From an uncultured Anaeromusa sp. (GTDB lineage Bacteria > Bacillota > Negativicutes > Anaeromusales > Anaeromusaceae): a DNA stretch of 32,000 nt. Each line of letters opens with the position of its first letter. The stretch's first letter is position 1. Shown here piece after piece: positions 8,156-16,762 of the stretch. The notes below the pieces were generated by a model, which made no database searches, was not told the DNA's origin, and saw nothing but the letters and a program-made list of their open reading frames with translations. A program made the translations under genes and the position numbers. The DNA is taken from assembly GCA_963676855.1 (NCBI GenBank), contig OY781460.1:1495520-1527519 (forward strand), read 5' to 3'.

Positions 8156-9058
8156 ATGTCCAGACAAAGCCGACAGCAACGAGGAGTTCTCTTGGTATTT
8201 TTAATCCTGCTTGCAGTGGCAGTGAGCGCCTGCGGGAAGCAACTGGCTTCTGAACAACCAAAGGCGATGGTTTGGGCGGTATTGGACGAAGAAAAAGTAA
8301 TGAAGGCGCATCCTAACTACTTGGAATGGCAAAGTAAAAAGACGGCTTGGCTGGCTGGAAGGCAGAAGCTGGAGTGGTTGAAGCAGTCTTTGGTATTGCA
8401 AGCGGCGCAAGAAGTGCAGATGCTTTCTATGCCAACTCTGCCGGTTGCGGCACAGGCTACGCAGTCATTACAAGAGGCGGCCTTGCAGCAGCAGCTCCAA
8501 GAGAGGGCAAAAAGCTTGCAAAAAGTGCTGGATCAGGAAATGAAAGCGTATGGAGAAGAAGTACACAGTGAACTGGATCCGCAAGTGGTTTCGCTGCAAT
8601 TAAAGCTGCGTATTGTTTCGCTGCAGCCGCAAGAGGCGGAAGCGCTGCGCTTGCAGTTGACGCAGGTGCAGCAACTGCAGCAACTGCGACTGGCTCAGAA
8701 AGAAGCGGAATTGGCGCAACGCTTTGCTGCGGCGTTGACTCCTTTACGGGAAGCCATTCGTCAAGAGCAACAGACAGTTGCCAGACAAACGCCGTTGGCG
8801 AAATTGGAGCCGGTAAGTGCAGTAAAGACAACGCCGGAAGCGGTGAGTGCAGAGCGAATTCGTGATTTGGAAGAACGGTTACAGCAGCAGGAAATGGAAT
8901 GGCAGAAGCTGCAACGTCTCATTCAAGAGGAAGTGCAGGATCGAGCTGGTCGCATCGCTAGTGCGCGCGGCATAGATATTGTCTTAAGAAAACCGATTGC
9001 AGCAATGCAGGCGGTAGATATTACGGAATGGGTAGCTCAAGCATTACAGCATCCGTGA
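8156..9058 (+). CDS. OmpH/Skp-like lipoprotein with expanded Q/L-rich coiled coil
   Basis: GGAGG 9 nt upstream of the ATG. Lipobox-like LAVAVSAC. The N-terminal (VWAVLDEEKVMKAHPNY) and C-terminal (ARGIDIVLRKPIAAMQAVDITEWV) parts resemble OmpH ends. The central helical arm is about twice the usual length (300 aa total). Confidence 0.65.
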   Translation: MSRQSRQQRGVLLVFLILLAVAVSACGKQLASEQPKAMVWAVLDEEKVMKAHPNYLEWQSKKTAWLAGRQKLEWLKQSLVLQAAQEVQMLSMPTLPVAAQATQSLQEAALQQQLQERAKSLQKVLDQEMKAYGEEVHSELDPQVVSLQLKLRIVSLQPQEAEALRLQLTQVQQLQQLRLAQKEAELAQRFAAALTPLREAIRQEQQTVARQTPLAKLEPVSAVKTTPEAVSAERIRDLEERLQQQEMEWQKLQRLIQEEVQDRAGRIASARGIDIVLRKPIAAMQAVDITEWVAQALQHP

Positions 9059-9095
9059 GAGCGGATGCTGTCTATTTTAGATAATAATAACAGGA

Positions 9096-9533
9096 GTGAC
9101 GAGGAGTATGATGGACATGATGCAAAAAAAACGTACGATTGCACTGATTCTGGCGCTGTGCTTTGCGGTTCTTTTGATTGGCGGTTGCAGTAGTCAGCCT
9201 ACGGTTGGTTTTGTTGATATGGAGAAAGTGGTCAAGGAAAGTCCTAAAGTCAAAGCGTTGCAGGACCAATTGGACGCCAAAGAAAAAGAGATTATGGAAA
9301 AAATGCAAAAAGAGCAAAACGGCGATTCGACGGAAGCGCAGCAGAAACAGCAGGCCCTAGCGGGAGAGTACCGTCAATTGCAGAAACAAGTTGGCGAACA
9401 GTTTGAAAGTGATTTGAAAAAGACGCTGGAGCAAATTGCTCAGGAAAAGAAACTGAGCGTTATTTTGTATAAACGGGAAGTGGCCCAAGGCGGCATGGAT
9501 GTTACCGATGAAGTTCTCAAACGCCTCCAGTAA
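9096..9533 (+). CDS. OmpH/Skp-like lipoprotein
   Basis: Lipobox-like [23 protein letters not shown]...[27 protein letters not shown] fits the OmpH pattern. The start is ambiguous: GTG 9096 or ATG 9108/9117/9120. Confidence 0.75.
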   Translation: MTRSMMDMMQKKRTIALILALCFAVLLIGGCSSQPTVGFVDMEKVVKESPKVKALQDQLDAKEKEIMEKMQKEQNGDSTEAQQKQQALAGEYRQLQKQVGEQFESDLKKTLEQIAQEKKLSVILYKREVAQGGMDVTDEVLKRLQ

Positions 9534-9549
9534 CGGAGGCGAGGGACTA

Positions 9550-10584
9550 ATGAAAACATTAGGTGAAATTGCCGAATTGGTAGACGGGATCATTGACGAA
9601 GCGCATGCGGCGCTGCCGATTAATAGTGTGACTAACATTGAAGAGGCGGGGCTTGAAGATATTACATTTGCCGTAGCGCCTCATCTGGAAAAGGCCGCGG
9701 CTAGCCGTGCTGGTGCTGTTTTGGTGGCTAAAGATGTTGCCGACGATTTCCCCAAAGTCGTAGTGCGAGTGGCCAATCCGCGCGCGGCTTTTGCAACGTT
9801 GCTGGAGGTTTTTTCTCCGCGACCTGTGGTGCAACGGGGCGTACATCCTACGGCAGTAGTGGCGGAAGATGCGATATTGGGCGATAATGTGGCTATCCTG
9901 CCTTGCGCCGTGATCGATTCTGGCGCATTTATAGGTGCTAATACGGTCATTTATCCTCACAGCTATGTCGGTGTAGGCAGTCGGGTGGGAAATGATTGCA
10001 TTCTTTACCCCAATGTAACGGTTCGAGAAGGCTGTGAATTGGGAGAACGGGTTATTGTACACAGTGGTGCTGTGATTGGCAGCGACGGATTTGGCTTTGT
10101 AACCGTAGATGGCAGTCATCGCAAAGTGCCACAAGTGGGCGGCGTACGCATTGAGGACGATGTGGAGATAGGCGCTAATACCTGCCTGGACCGGGCGACA
10201 ACGGGCTGGACCGTTGTGCGTCGCGGTACAAAAATTGATAACTTAGTGCACTTAGGACACAATGTGGAAGTCGGCGAGCATTGCTTTTTTGTAGCTCAGA
10301 CCGGTATTGCCGGCAGTACGAAAATTGGTAGCCGTGTTACTTTTGCCGGCCAATCCGGCAGCGCCGGTCATCTTGTTATTGGCGATAACTGTGTCTTTGC
10401 GGCGCGGTCGGCGCCGATTGGCAACATCGCCAGCAATTCGTTTTGCGGCGGCTTTCCGGCGCGCCCGTACAAAGACTGGCTGAAAAATGAAGCTGCAGTT
10501 ACCAAAGTTCCTGAACTGCTGAAGAGGGTTCGGAATTTGGAAAAACAGCTAACTCAGCTTACGGCGGGTGAGCCGAAAGTATGA
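9550..10584 (+). CDS. lpxD: UDP-3-O-acylglucosamine N-acyltransferase LpxD
   Basis: ATG at 9550 preceded by GGAGGCGAGGG. N-terminal LGEIAELV domain followed by a long left-handed beta-helix of hexapeptide repeats and a C-terminal helix. Lipid A gene context. Confidence 0.9.
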   Translation: MKTLGEIAELVDGIIDEAHAALPINSVTNIEEAGLEDITFAVAPHLEKAAASRAGAVLVAKDVADDFPKVVVRVANPRAAFATLLEVFSPRPVVQRGVHPTAVVAEDAILGDNVAILPCAVIDSGAFIGANTVIYPHSYVGVGSRVGNDCILYPNVTVREGCELGERVIVHSGAVIGSDGFGFVTVDGSHRKVPQVGGVRIEDDVEIGANTCLDRATTGWTVVRRGTKIDNLVHLGHNVEVGEHCFFVAQTGIAGSTKIGSRVTFAGQSGSAGHLVIGDNCVFAARSAPIGNIASNSFCGGFPARPYKDWLKNEAAVTKVPELLKRVRNLEKQLTQLTAGEPKV

Positions 10585-11186
10585 GTAGCCAGAGTCGTAT
10601 ACTATTGGCCTGTCTAGCTGTATTAGTGGTGTTTGCTTTTAGTAAAGCCGAGGCAGCGCCAACTTTGCAGGGAAGCACTGGGTTGGCGAATGTAGTCAGT
10701 GCTGATGTGCTTCCAGCGAATAGCTTTAGTATAGGACGATATAACAGGCCGGGAGAAAAAAATGACGTTGTTACTTTTGGACTGGGGCAGGCGTTGGAAG
10801 TAGGTGCTTTGCACCGTACTGAGGGGGAGCAAGGTTCTGCGGTGAGATGGAACGTAAAATGGGCCTTGGCGCAAGAAAAGGTTTTGCGTCCCGGCATTGC
10901 TATCGGCGTGGAAGATGTTGGCGCACAAGAGCGACGTACGACGTACGCTGTTGCCAGCAAAGGCTTACCTTTTGGTTTGCGTCTACATGTTGGACTTGGC
11001 AATGGACGCTATCATGGCTTGTTCGGCGCTCTAGAAGCTCCCTTGCTGCCGCAAACTAGGTTGTTTTTGGAACAAGACGGACGGCAGTGGGGCGCGGGCG
11101 TTCGTGTATCATTAGGGCCTGATTTTCGTCTGGATGCCGGGCATTATGCAGGAAAAACCTATGTGGGCGGAAGCTATACGTACTAA
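10581..11186 (+). CDS. small exported OMP-like protein (N-terminus resembles the YjbH-family motif; tentative)
   Basis: ATGA overlap with the lpxD stop. Signal peptide ending [31 protein letters not shown] resembles the GxxGLxxxPxA start of YjbH-type proteins. G/aromatic-rich alternating pattern with a terminal GGSYTY. Confidence 0.6.
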   Translation: MSSQSRILLACLAVLVVFAFSKAEAAPTLQGSTGLANVVSADVLPANSFSIGRYNRPGEKNDVVTFGLGQALEVGALHRTEGEQGSAVRWNVKWALAQEKVLRPGIAIGVEDVGAQERRTTYAVASKGLPFGLRLHVGLGNGRYHGLFGALEAPLLPQTRLFLEQDGRQWGAGVRVSLGPDFRLDAGHYAGKTYVGGSYTY

Positions 11187-11193
11187 AAAGAAT

Positions 11194-11216
11194 GGCGGCT
11201 TCGGCCGCCTTCTTTC
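11194..11216 (+). terminator. candidate intrinsic terminator
   Basis: GGCGGC-TTCG-GCCGCC stem-loop (11194-11209) followed by TTCTTTC. Begins 8 nt after the stop codon. Confidence 0.5.
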
Positions 11217-11240
11217 AATGCTGGGATGAGGCGAGGATAA

Positions 11241-11310
11241 CGTAACACAGAGTAACAGAGAAGTCCCAAAGAATATAATATAAGAGTATATTCTCTGTGT
11301 ATCGTTCTTT
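11241..11310. repeat. inverted pair of the CG(A/T)(T/A)ACACAG(A/T)GTAACAGAGA motif flanking an AT palindrome
   Basis: CGTAACACAGAGTAACAGAGAAG at 11241-11263. Its partial reverse complement TTCTCTGTGTATCGTTCTT at 11291-11309. The same motif occurs at 25695-25717, inverted at 25898-25916, and in degenerate form at 27897-27912. Confidence 0.55.
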
Positions 11311-11353
11311 TCGTTTCTCTTTTTTCTGTATCTTATGTGTCGAGGAGTGTCAA

Positions 11354-12238
11354 ATGCTATACATTGTTGTAAAGCTTCTCAGTCGTCTGGCATGTTCTCT
11401 TTCTGTAGCGACAGCCAAACGATGGGGGGGCTATCTAGGTACTGTAGCCTGGAAGCTGACTCCTAAAAAAAGAAAAAGAATGGCAATAGAAAATATCCGT
11501 GTAAGTCTTGTTGTAAATGAAGTGGAAGCGGAGCGTGTGGCTCGCGCCAGCGCTGTACGTTTTGGCCCCATGTTTATGGAAGTGCTGCGCGTACCGCTTT
11601 TGTTGAAGCAATCACTAGATAGCTGGATTTCCTTTACAGGAGCAGAGCATCTGGAACAAGCATTGGCTTTGGGAAAAGGCGTGGTCTTGGCGACGGCTCA
11701 TAGCGGGAATTGGGAGCTCTTGGGAGCCGCCTTGGCAAAACGGGGCTTTCCCTTGGTTGCGGTAGTGCAAAAGCAGACGAATGATGCGATGGACCGCTTT
11801 ATTAATGAATATCGTCGCCAAAGCGGCATGCATGTGACCTATAAAACAGGTGTAAAGGAAATGATTCAGCTTTTAGGCGAAGGAAATATTATTGGCTTGC
11901 TGGTGGATCAGGATGCAGGCCCAGAAGGTGTTCGGACGCAGTTTTTTGGGCGTGAAGCTTCTAGTCCTCCAGGAGCGGCGCACTTGGCGCGTATGCGCCA
12001 AGTGCCGATTGTACCTGCTTTTATTACTCAAGAGGCAGATGGTCGTCATCATGCCTGGCTCTATCCGCCGGTATTTGTCGGGCAGACAAGAAATAAAAAA
12101 GAAGAAATTCAGCAAACAACGCAAGTGCTGACTCGGTGTGTCGAGCAGCACATCCGGCGGCATCCGGAAGAGTGGTTTTGGCTGCATAACCGTTGGAAAC
12201 ATGGAGACAAGACAGAAAGTCTTGCGTTGCACACGTAA
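11354..12238 (+). CDS. LpxL/HtrB-family lipid A late acyltransferase (lysophospholipid acyltransferase superfamily)
   Basis: GAGGAG 6 nt before the ATG at 11354. N-terminal hydrophobic anchor. Catalytic-type motif TAHSGNWELLG. C-terminal HPEEWFWLHNRWK typical of this family. Confidence 0.8.
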   Translation: MLYIVVKLLSRLACSLSVATAKRWGGYLGTVAWKLTPKKRKRMAIENIRVSLVVNEVEAERVARASAVRFGPMFMEVLRVPLLLKQSLDSWISFTGAEHLEQALALGKGVVLATAHSGNWELLGAALAKRGFPLVAVVQKQTNDAMDRFINEYRRQSGMHVTYKTGVKEMIQLLGEGNIIGLLVDQDAGPEGVRTQFFGREASSPPGAAHLARMRQVPIVPAFITQEADGRHHAWLYPPVFVGQTRNKKEEIQQTTQVLTRCVEQHIRRHPEEWFWLHNRWKHGDKTESLALHT

Positions 12239-12281
12239 ATCCGCTAGAATAAACAAGGGCTTAATGCTTTTGGGAGGAATC

Positions 12282-13118
12282 ATGGAACGACAAAGTACTC
12301 TGGCAAAGGAAGTTGCCTATAGCGGGATTGGCTTGCATTCCGGGCGGGAAGTGAAAGTACGGTTTTTGCCGGCGCCCGCAGATACGGGAATCCTTTTTGA
12401 ACGGATAGACTTGCCTGGCAGGCCTCGCGTTCCGGCGCAAGCGGCCTGTGTAACGCAGACCATGCGGGCGACGACGTTGGAAGCTGGGGAAGCTAAGGTT
12501 TTTACAGTAGAGCATATTTTGGCGGCGCTTTCCGCGATGGATATTGATAATTGCCTCATTGAAATTGATTCACTGGAACCGCCTGTGGCTGATGGCAGTG
12601 CTTTGCTGTTTCTGGAACTGTTAGCGGAGGCGGGGCGGTGTGAGCAGGAAGCCTTACGCTCGGTTTACTGCATACAAGAAGCGCTTACGGTGCGAGACGG
12701 AAATCGGTTTATTTCTATTTTGCCCTATGATGGGTTTCGTATTACTTTTACGTCGGTTAATCCGCACAAGGCGATTGGAATTCAATTTGCCGATGTAGAA
12801 ATCACCAAGGAATTATTTTGGCGAGAGATTGCTCCGGCGCGGACGATTGGCTTTGTCCATGAAATAGAAGTGTTGCAGGCGCAAGGCTTGGCCTTGGGCG
12901 GCAGCATGGAGAACGCCGCTGTATATGATGAAAATGGAGCGGTTAATGTACTGCGTTTTGCAGATGAATTGGTTCGGCATAAGGTGCTGGATGTAGTTGG
13001 CGATTTAGCGTTGGCAGGTCCGATTAAAGGCCATGTGGTGGCAGTATCGTCCGGCCATGCATTGAATACAAAACTGTCGCAGTTAATTGCTGCGGCCAGA
13101 CAGGGAGGTTGTGCATAG
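12282..13118 (+). CDS. lpxC: UDP-3-O-acyl-N-acetylglucosamine deacetylase LpxC
   Basis: GGGAGG before the ATG at 12282. N-terminal [16 protein letters not shown]. The [14 protein letters not shown] motif matches the zinc-ligand region. Confidence 0.92.
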   Translation: MERQSTLAKEVAYSGIGLHSGREVKVRFLPAPADTGILFERIDLPGRPRVPAQAACVTQTMRATTLEAGEAKVFTVEHILAALSAMDIDNCLIEIDSLEPPVADGSALLFLELLAEAGRCEQEALRSVYCIQEALTVRDGNRFISILPYDGFRITFTSVNPHKAIGIQFADVEITKELFWREIAPARTIGFVHEIEVLQAQGLALGGSMENAAVYDENGAVNVLRFADELVRHKVLDVVGDLALAGPIKGHVVAVSSGHALNTKLSQLIAAARQGGCA

Positions 13119-13555
13119 TGGTATTAACTATTGAAGAAATCAAGGAAATTATTCCTCATCGGTATCCATTTTTGCTGGTAGATCGCATTTTGGAGTTGGA
13201 GCCGCTAAAGCGTGGCGTCGGCATAAAAAATGTGACTGCTAATGAACCTTTTTTTCAAGGGCACTTTCCGAATAAACCGGTTATGCCGGGGGTATTGCTG
13301 TTGGAGGCTATGGCGCAGGTCGGTGGAGTTGCGTTATTATATCCAGATGAAAACCGAGGTAAAATTGCGTACTTTGCTGGTATGGAAGGAGTTAAGTTCC
13401 GTAAGCCCGTTGTGCCTGGCGATCAGGTGAGGATGGAAGCGGAAGTAACCCGCATGCGCGGTTCCGTAGGCAAAGTGCGCGCCGAAGCTTTTGTAGAGGG
13501 TCAATTGGTAGCGGAAGCGGAGTTTATGTTTGCGCTGTCGGAAAAACAAGAGTAA
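13118..13555 (+). CDS. fabZ: 3-hydroxyacyl-ACP dehydratase FabZ
   Basis: GTG at 13118 overlaps the lpxC TAG by 1 nt, and GGGAGG lies 9 nt upstream. [13 protein letters not shown] and FFQGHFP hot-dog motifs. Confidence 0.9.
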   Translation: MVLTIEEIKEIIPHRYPFLLVDRILELEPLKRGVGIKNVTANEPFFQGHFPNKPVMPGVLLLEAMAQVGGVALLYPDENRGKIAYFAGMEGVKFRKPVVPGDQVRMEAEVTRMRGSVGKVRAEAFVEGQLVAEAEFMFALSEKQE

Positions 13556-13757
13556 AAAATATAAAAAGTAAGAAAAACAGTGATGTTGACAAGGAAAACA
13601 AAACTAGAGCTGTATAGTTCATCGTAAAGGCTTTTTTTGCAAAAAAAGATGATGTTTCTATTTGACTGAGCAGTCGGAATATAAGAGCAGAAAAACAGCC
13701 TGAAAGTAAGGACGTAACAGTATTGACAGAGACTCAGTCAGAAGGAGTTGTCATATT

Positions 13758-14576
13758 ATGCAAACGGATAAAGTAGTACCTTTGCGTATGATTCACGAGA
13801 TGGCAGTGGTTCATCCCAATGCGCGTCTTGGTAAGGATGTACAGATTGGCCCCTACGCGGTCATTGGCGAAAATGTAGTGATTGGCGATGGGACGAAAAT
13901 AGGCCCGCATGTGGTGATTGACGGCTGGACCAGCATTGGCAAAGACTGTGTTATCTTTCCCAGCGCTTCGGTTGGGGCGGAACCGCAGGACTTGAAATTC
14001 AAGGGTGAAAAAAGCTATGTGTTTATCGGCGACCGCACGACATTGCGCGAGTTTACTACGGTAAATAGAGCGACAGGCGAGGGCGAGGAAACACGCATTG
14101 GTTCTGATTGCCTGATGATGGCCTATACGCATGTGGCGCATAACTGCGTGGTGGGCAATCATGTAATTATGTCCAATGCCGCTACATTGGCAGGGCATAT
14201 TATTGTGGAAGATCGTGTCGTGATCGGCGGCTTGTCCGGAGTGCATCAGTTTGTTAAAATTGGTCGTAATGCCATGATTGGCGGCGCTTCTAAAGTGGTT
14301 CAAGATGTGCCTCCCTTTATGATTGCTGACGGGCATCCGGCCAGGGTGGCGGGCTTGAACAGTGTTGGCATGTCCAGAGCGGGCGTGCCGAAGGAAGCGC
14401 GGCGCGAACTGAAGAAAGCGTACCGGATTCTATACAAAAACGGCTTGTCCTTGGACCAAGCAATTGCAATGATGGAACAAGAGCTGGAAGCATACGAAGA
14501 AGTAGAACACTTCTTGCGCTTTTTGCGCAATGCGGAGCGGGGGATTTGTCGGACGCGCCGTGACAGCAGCGAATAA
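13758..14576 (+). CDS. lpxA: acyl-ACP--UDP-GlcNAc O-acyltransferase LpxA
   Basis: GAAGGAG upstream. VHPNARLGKDVQIGPYAVIGENVVIGDGTKIG hexapeptide repeats followed by the helical C-terminal domain typical of LpxA. 272 aa. Confidence 0.9.
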   Translation: MQTDKVVPLRMIHEMAVVHPNARLGKDVQIGPYAVIGENVVIGDGTKIGPHVVIDGWTSIGKDCVIFPSASVGAEPQDLKFKGEKSYVFIGDRTTLREFTTVNRATGEGEETRIGSDCLMMAYTHVAHNCVVGNHVIMSNAATLAGHIIVEDRVVIGGLSGVHQFVKIGRNAMIGGASKVVQDVPPFMIADGHPARVAGLNSVGMSRAGVPKEARRELKKAYRILYKNGLSLDQAIAMMEQELEAYEEVEHFLRFLRNAERGICRTRRDSSE

Positions 14577-14693
14577 GTTGCAGCAGAGGAAGAGTTGCTG
14601 CAGAGTACAGGGTATTCTGTAGCGAACTCTTTCTGTTGTTTTGGAGAACCTAATTTAGGTTTTCATTTTAATTTGGATATGGGAGCGGTGAAT

Positions 14694-15500
14694 ATGCAGA
14701 AAATCGGTTTGCTTGCCGGCGTCGGACGACTGCCGGTTGATTTTGCGTTCTGTGCGCGGAAATTGGGTTTGTCTGTTGTAGCGATAGCGGTGTTACCTAA
14801 TGTGGAGAGCGATTTGGCGGCAGCTGCTTCTGTATATCATCAAATTGGCGTTGGTCAACTGCAGCGTTTGATTGATACCCTTCGGCAAGAAGAGGTTTCC
14901 CAGGTTACTATGTTAGGGAAAGTAACCAAAGAATTACTCTTTTCCGGCAAAGTGGAATTGGACGGCCGCTTTCAACAGTTACTGGCGTCATTGCCGGATC
15001 AAAAGGATGATACCATTTTATTGGCTTTAGTGAAGGAATTGACTCAAGAAGGCATTCTTGTGGCGGATCAAACTGCCTTATTGAAAATGCTGTTGCCGCA
15101 GCCTGGCGTTTTGACAAAACGGACGCCTACAGAAGGCGAATTGGCGGATATGGATTTCGGTCTATCCATGGCTAAAGAAATAGGCGCTTTGGATATTGGG
15201 CAAACGGTTGTAGTAAAGAATCGGGCAGTCATGGCAGTAGAAGCGATAGAAGGCACGGATGCTTGTATTCGTCGCGGTGGAGCTTTGGCCGGCGGCAGCG
15301 GCGCCGTAGTGGCTAAAGCAGCCAAACCGCAGCAAGATCAGCGTTTTGATATGCCTGGAGCGGGCCCTGCCACCATTCACTCCATGATCGAAGCCGGTGC
15401 GTCCGCCCTTGTACTGGAGGCCGGCAAAACGCTGCTGGTAGACCGCGCAGAAGCTATTGCCTTGGCGGAGGCACATAACATTACCATTGTGGTAAAATAA
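14694..15500 (+). CDS. lpxI: UDP-2,3-diacylglucosamine diphosphatase LpxI (DUF1009 family)
   Basis: Internal ATG at 14694 gives MQKIGLLAGVGRLPVDFA, the typical LpxI N-terminus. The position between lpxA and lpxB is canonical for lpxI. 268 aa. Confidence 0.8.
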   Translation: MQKIGLLAGVGRLPVDFAFCARKLGLSVVAIAVLPNVESDLAAAASVYHQIGVGQLQRLIDTLRQEEVSQVTMLGKVTKELLFSGKVELDGRFQQLLASLPDQKDDTILLALVKELTQEGILVADQTALLKMLLPQPGVLTKRTPTEGELADMDFGLSMAKEIGALDIGQTVVVKNRAVMAVEAIEGTDACIRRGGALAGGSGAVVAKAAKPQQDQRFDMPGAGPATIHSMIEAGASALVLEAGKTLLVDRAEAIALAEAHNITIVVK

Positions 15501-15506
15501 TAGCTT

Positions 15507-15564
15507 CGGTTCTCTTCGCCCCCTCATACGTACCCTCCCTTTACTCCCGCTACTCTTGTTCAAT
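15507..15564 (+). repeat. family-1 repeat, right-half copy
   Basis: CCCTCATACGTACCCTCCCTTTACTCCCGCTACTCTTGTTCAAT aligns with the right half of the full elements at 21741-21911 and 29416-29587. Preceded by a short CGGTTCTCTT fragment. Confidence 0.65.
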
Positions 15565-15607
15565 CTTCGCACTCCGTACTTTTTAAACGATTCTAGGAGG
15601 ATGTTTC

Positions 15608-16762
15608 ATGTGCAAAATCATGCTTTCCGCCGGCGAAGCCTCCGGTGATCTTCATGGCGCAGGCATTGCAGCGGCGTTGCGCGCCATGAAGCCGGATGTA
15701 CGCTTGTTCGGCATGGGCGGTGCGGCTATGCGCCGTGAAGGCGTGGACATTCTCTATGATATTGCCGACTTGGGCGTTATTGGCCTAGTAGAAGTTATTA
15801 AAAATTTACCGCGTTTATTTCGTTTGCGCGATGCTTTGGCGGCGGCGATGGATCGAGAAAAACCGGACATCTTGGTTACCATTGATTATCCAGGCTTTAA
15901 TATGCGCTTGGCGAAAATTGCAAAAGCCAAAGGCATTCGCGTTGTTTCCTATATAGCTCCTTCCGTATGGGCTTGGGGCGAGTGGCGGGCGAAGGGCGTA
16001 GTGCGTTCAGTCGATCATATTGCTTCTATTTTTCCCTTTGAAGCGGAATTGTACCGACGCTACGGAGGCAACGTGACCTATGTGGGTCATCCCTTACTGG
16101 ACTTGGTGGGAACGAAACGCAATGCGGCAGAAGCGCGAGCCTTTCTGAAACTGCAGCCCCAGGAACGGATCGTATTGCTGTTGCCTGGAAGTCGGAAACA
16201 AGAAATTAAGAGTCTGCTGCCTTTGTTTTTGCAAGCAGCCCGACAGGTGGCGGCAGCGGTGCCGGAAGCCGTATTTGTTTTGCCCTTGGCTTCAACGGTA
16301 GCGGAAGATATGGTACAGCCGGAGATACAGGCAGCTGGCGTTCCTGTTCGTTTGGTGCGGGAGCATTTGTACGACTGGATGCAAGCGGCGGAAACTGCGA
16401 TGGCGGCTTCCGGTACGGTGACGCTGGAAGCTGCTTTAATGAATTTGCCCTGTGTTGTGACTTATAAAGTAAATCCTTTGACCTATGGTTTGGGAAAACT
16501 GTTGGTGAAATTGCCGTATATCAGCTTGCCCAACATCATTGCGGAGCGGCAAGTTGTGCCGGAACTCGTCCAAAACGAAGCGCAGCCGCAGCGACTGGCG
16601 GCGGAGGTAGTGAAGTATCTTCAAGATGCCGAACATTGCGTTGCTACGCACCGCGCTTTGGAGGAAGTCCGTCACAAATTGGGAGAAAGCGGCGCCGTTC
16701 AGCGTGTTGCGGCTTTAATTTTAGCGGAAGCGTCCGGCAGCAGGAGGGAAGCGCATGAATAG
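15608..16762 (+). CDS. lpxB: lipid-A-disaccharide synthase LpxB
   Basis: AGGAGG 7 nt upstream of the ATG. N-terminal SAGEASGDLHGA motif. 384 aa glycosyltransferase. Confidence 0.92.
   Translation: MCKIMLSAGEASGDLHGAGIAAALRAMKPDVRLFGMGGAAMRREGVDILYDIADLGVIGLVEVIKNLPRLFRLRDALAAAMDREKPDILVTIDYPGFNMRLAKIAKAKGIRVVSYIAPSVWAWGEWRAKGVVRSVDHIASIFPFEAELYRRYGGNVTYVGHPLLDLVGTKRNAAEARAFLKLQPQERIVLLLPGSRKQEIKSLLPLFLQAARQVAAAVPEAVFVLPLASTVAEDMVQPEIQAAGVPVRLVREHLYDWMQAAETAMAASGTVTLEAALMNLPCVVTYKVNPLTYGLGKLLVKLPYISLPNIIAERQVVPELVQNEAQPQRLAAEVVKYLQDAEHCVATHRALEEVRHKLGESGAVQRVAALILAEASGSRREAHE

Noticed and set aside
8640-8700. Tandem GCAGCAACT units
   Set aside because: This is in-frame low-complexity coding sequence (QLQQLQQLRL) in the coiled-coil arm of the Skp-like lipoprotein, not an independent DNA repeat element.
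9559-10134. 191-aa minus-strand ORF
   Set aside because: It is antisense to the lpxD hexapeptide-repeat region, giving the same shadow-ORF artefact.
13586-13618. TTGACA ... TATAGT promoter-like pair upstream of lpxA
   Set aside because: The spacer is 21 nt, too long for a sigma-70 promoter. A second TTGACA at 13723-13728 has no -10 element before the RBS.
13734-14336. 200-aa ORF on the minus strand
   Set aside because: It is entirely antisense to lpxA. Its H/N/I-rich composition is the mirror of the hexapeptide-repeat coding strand, and it has no RBS. It is a shadow ORF.
14578-14604. Hairpin TGCAGCA / TGCTGCA right after lpxA
   Set aside because: It has only a 7-bp stem with a 10-nt loop and no downstream U-tract, so it was not called a terminator.
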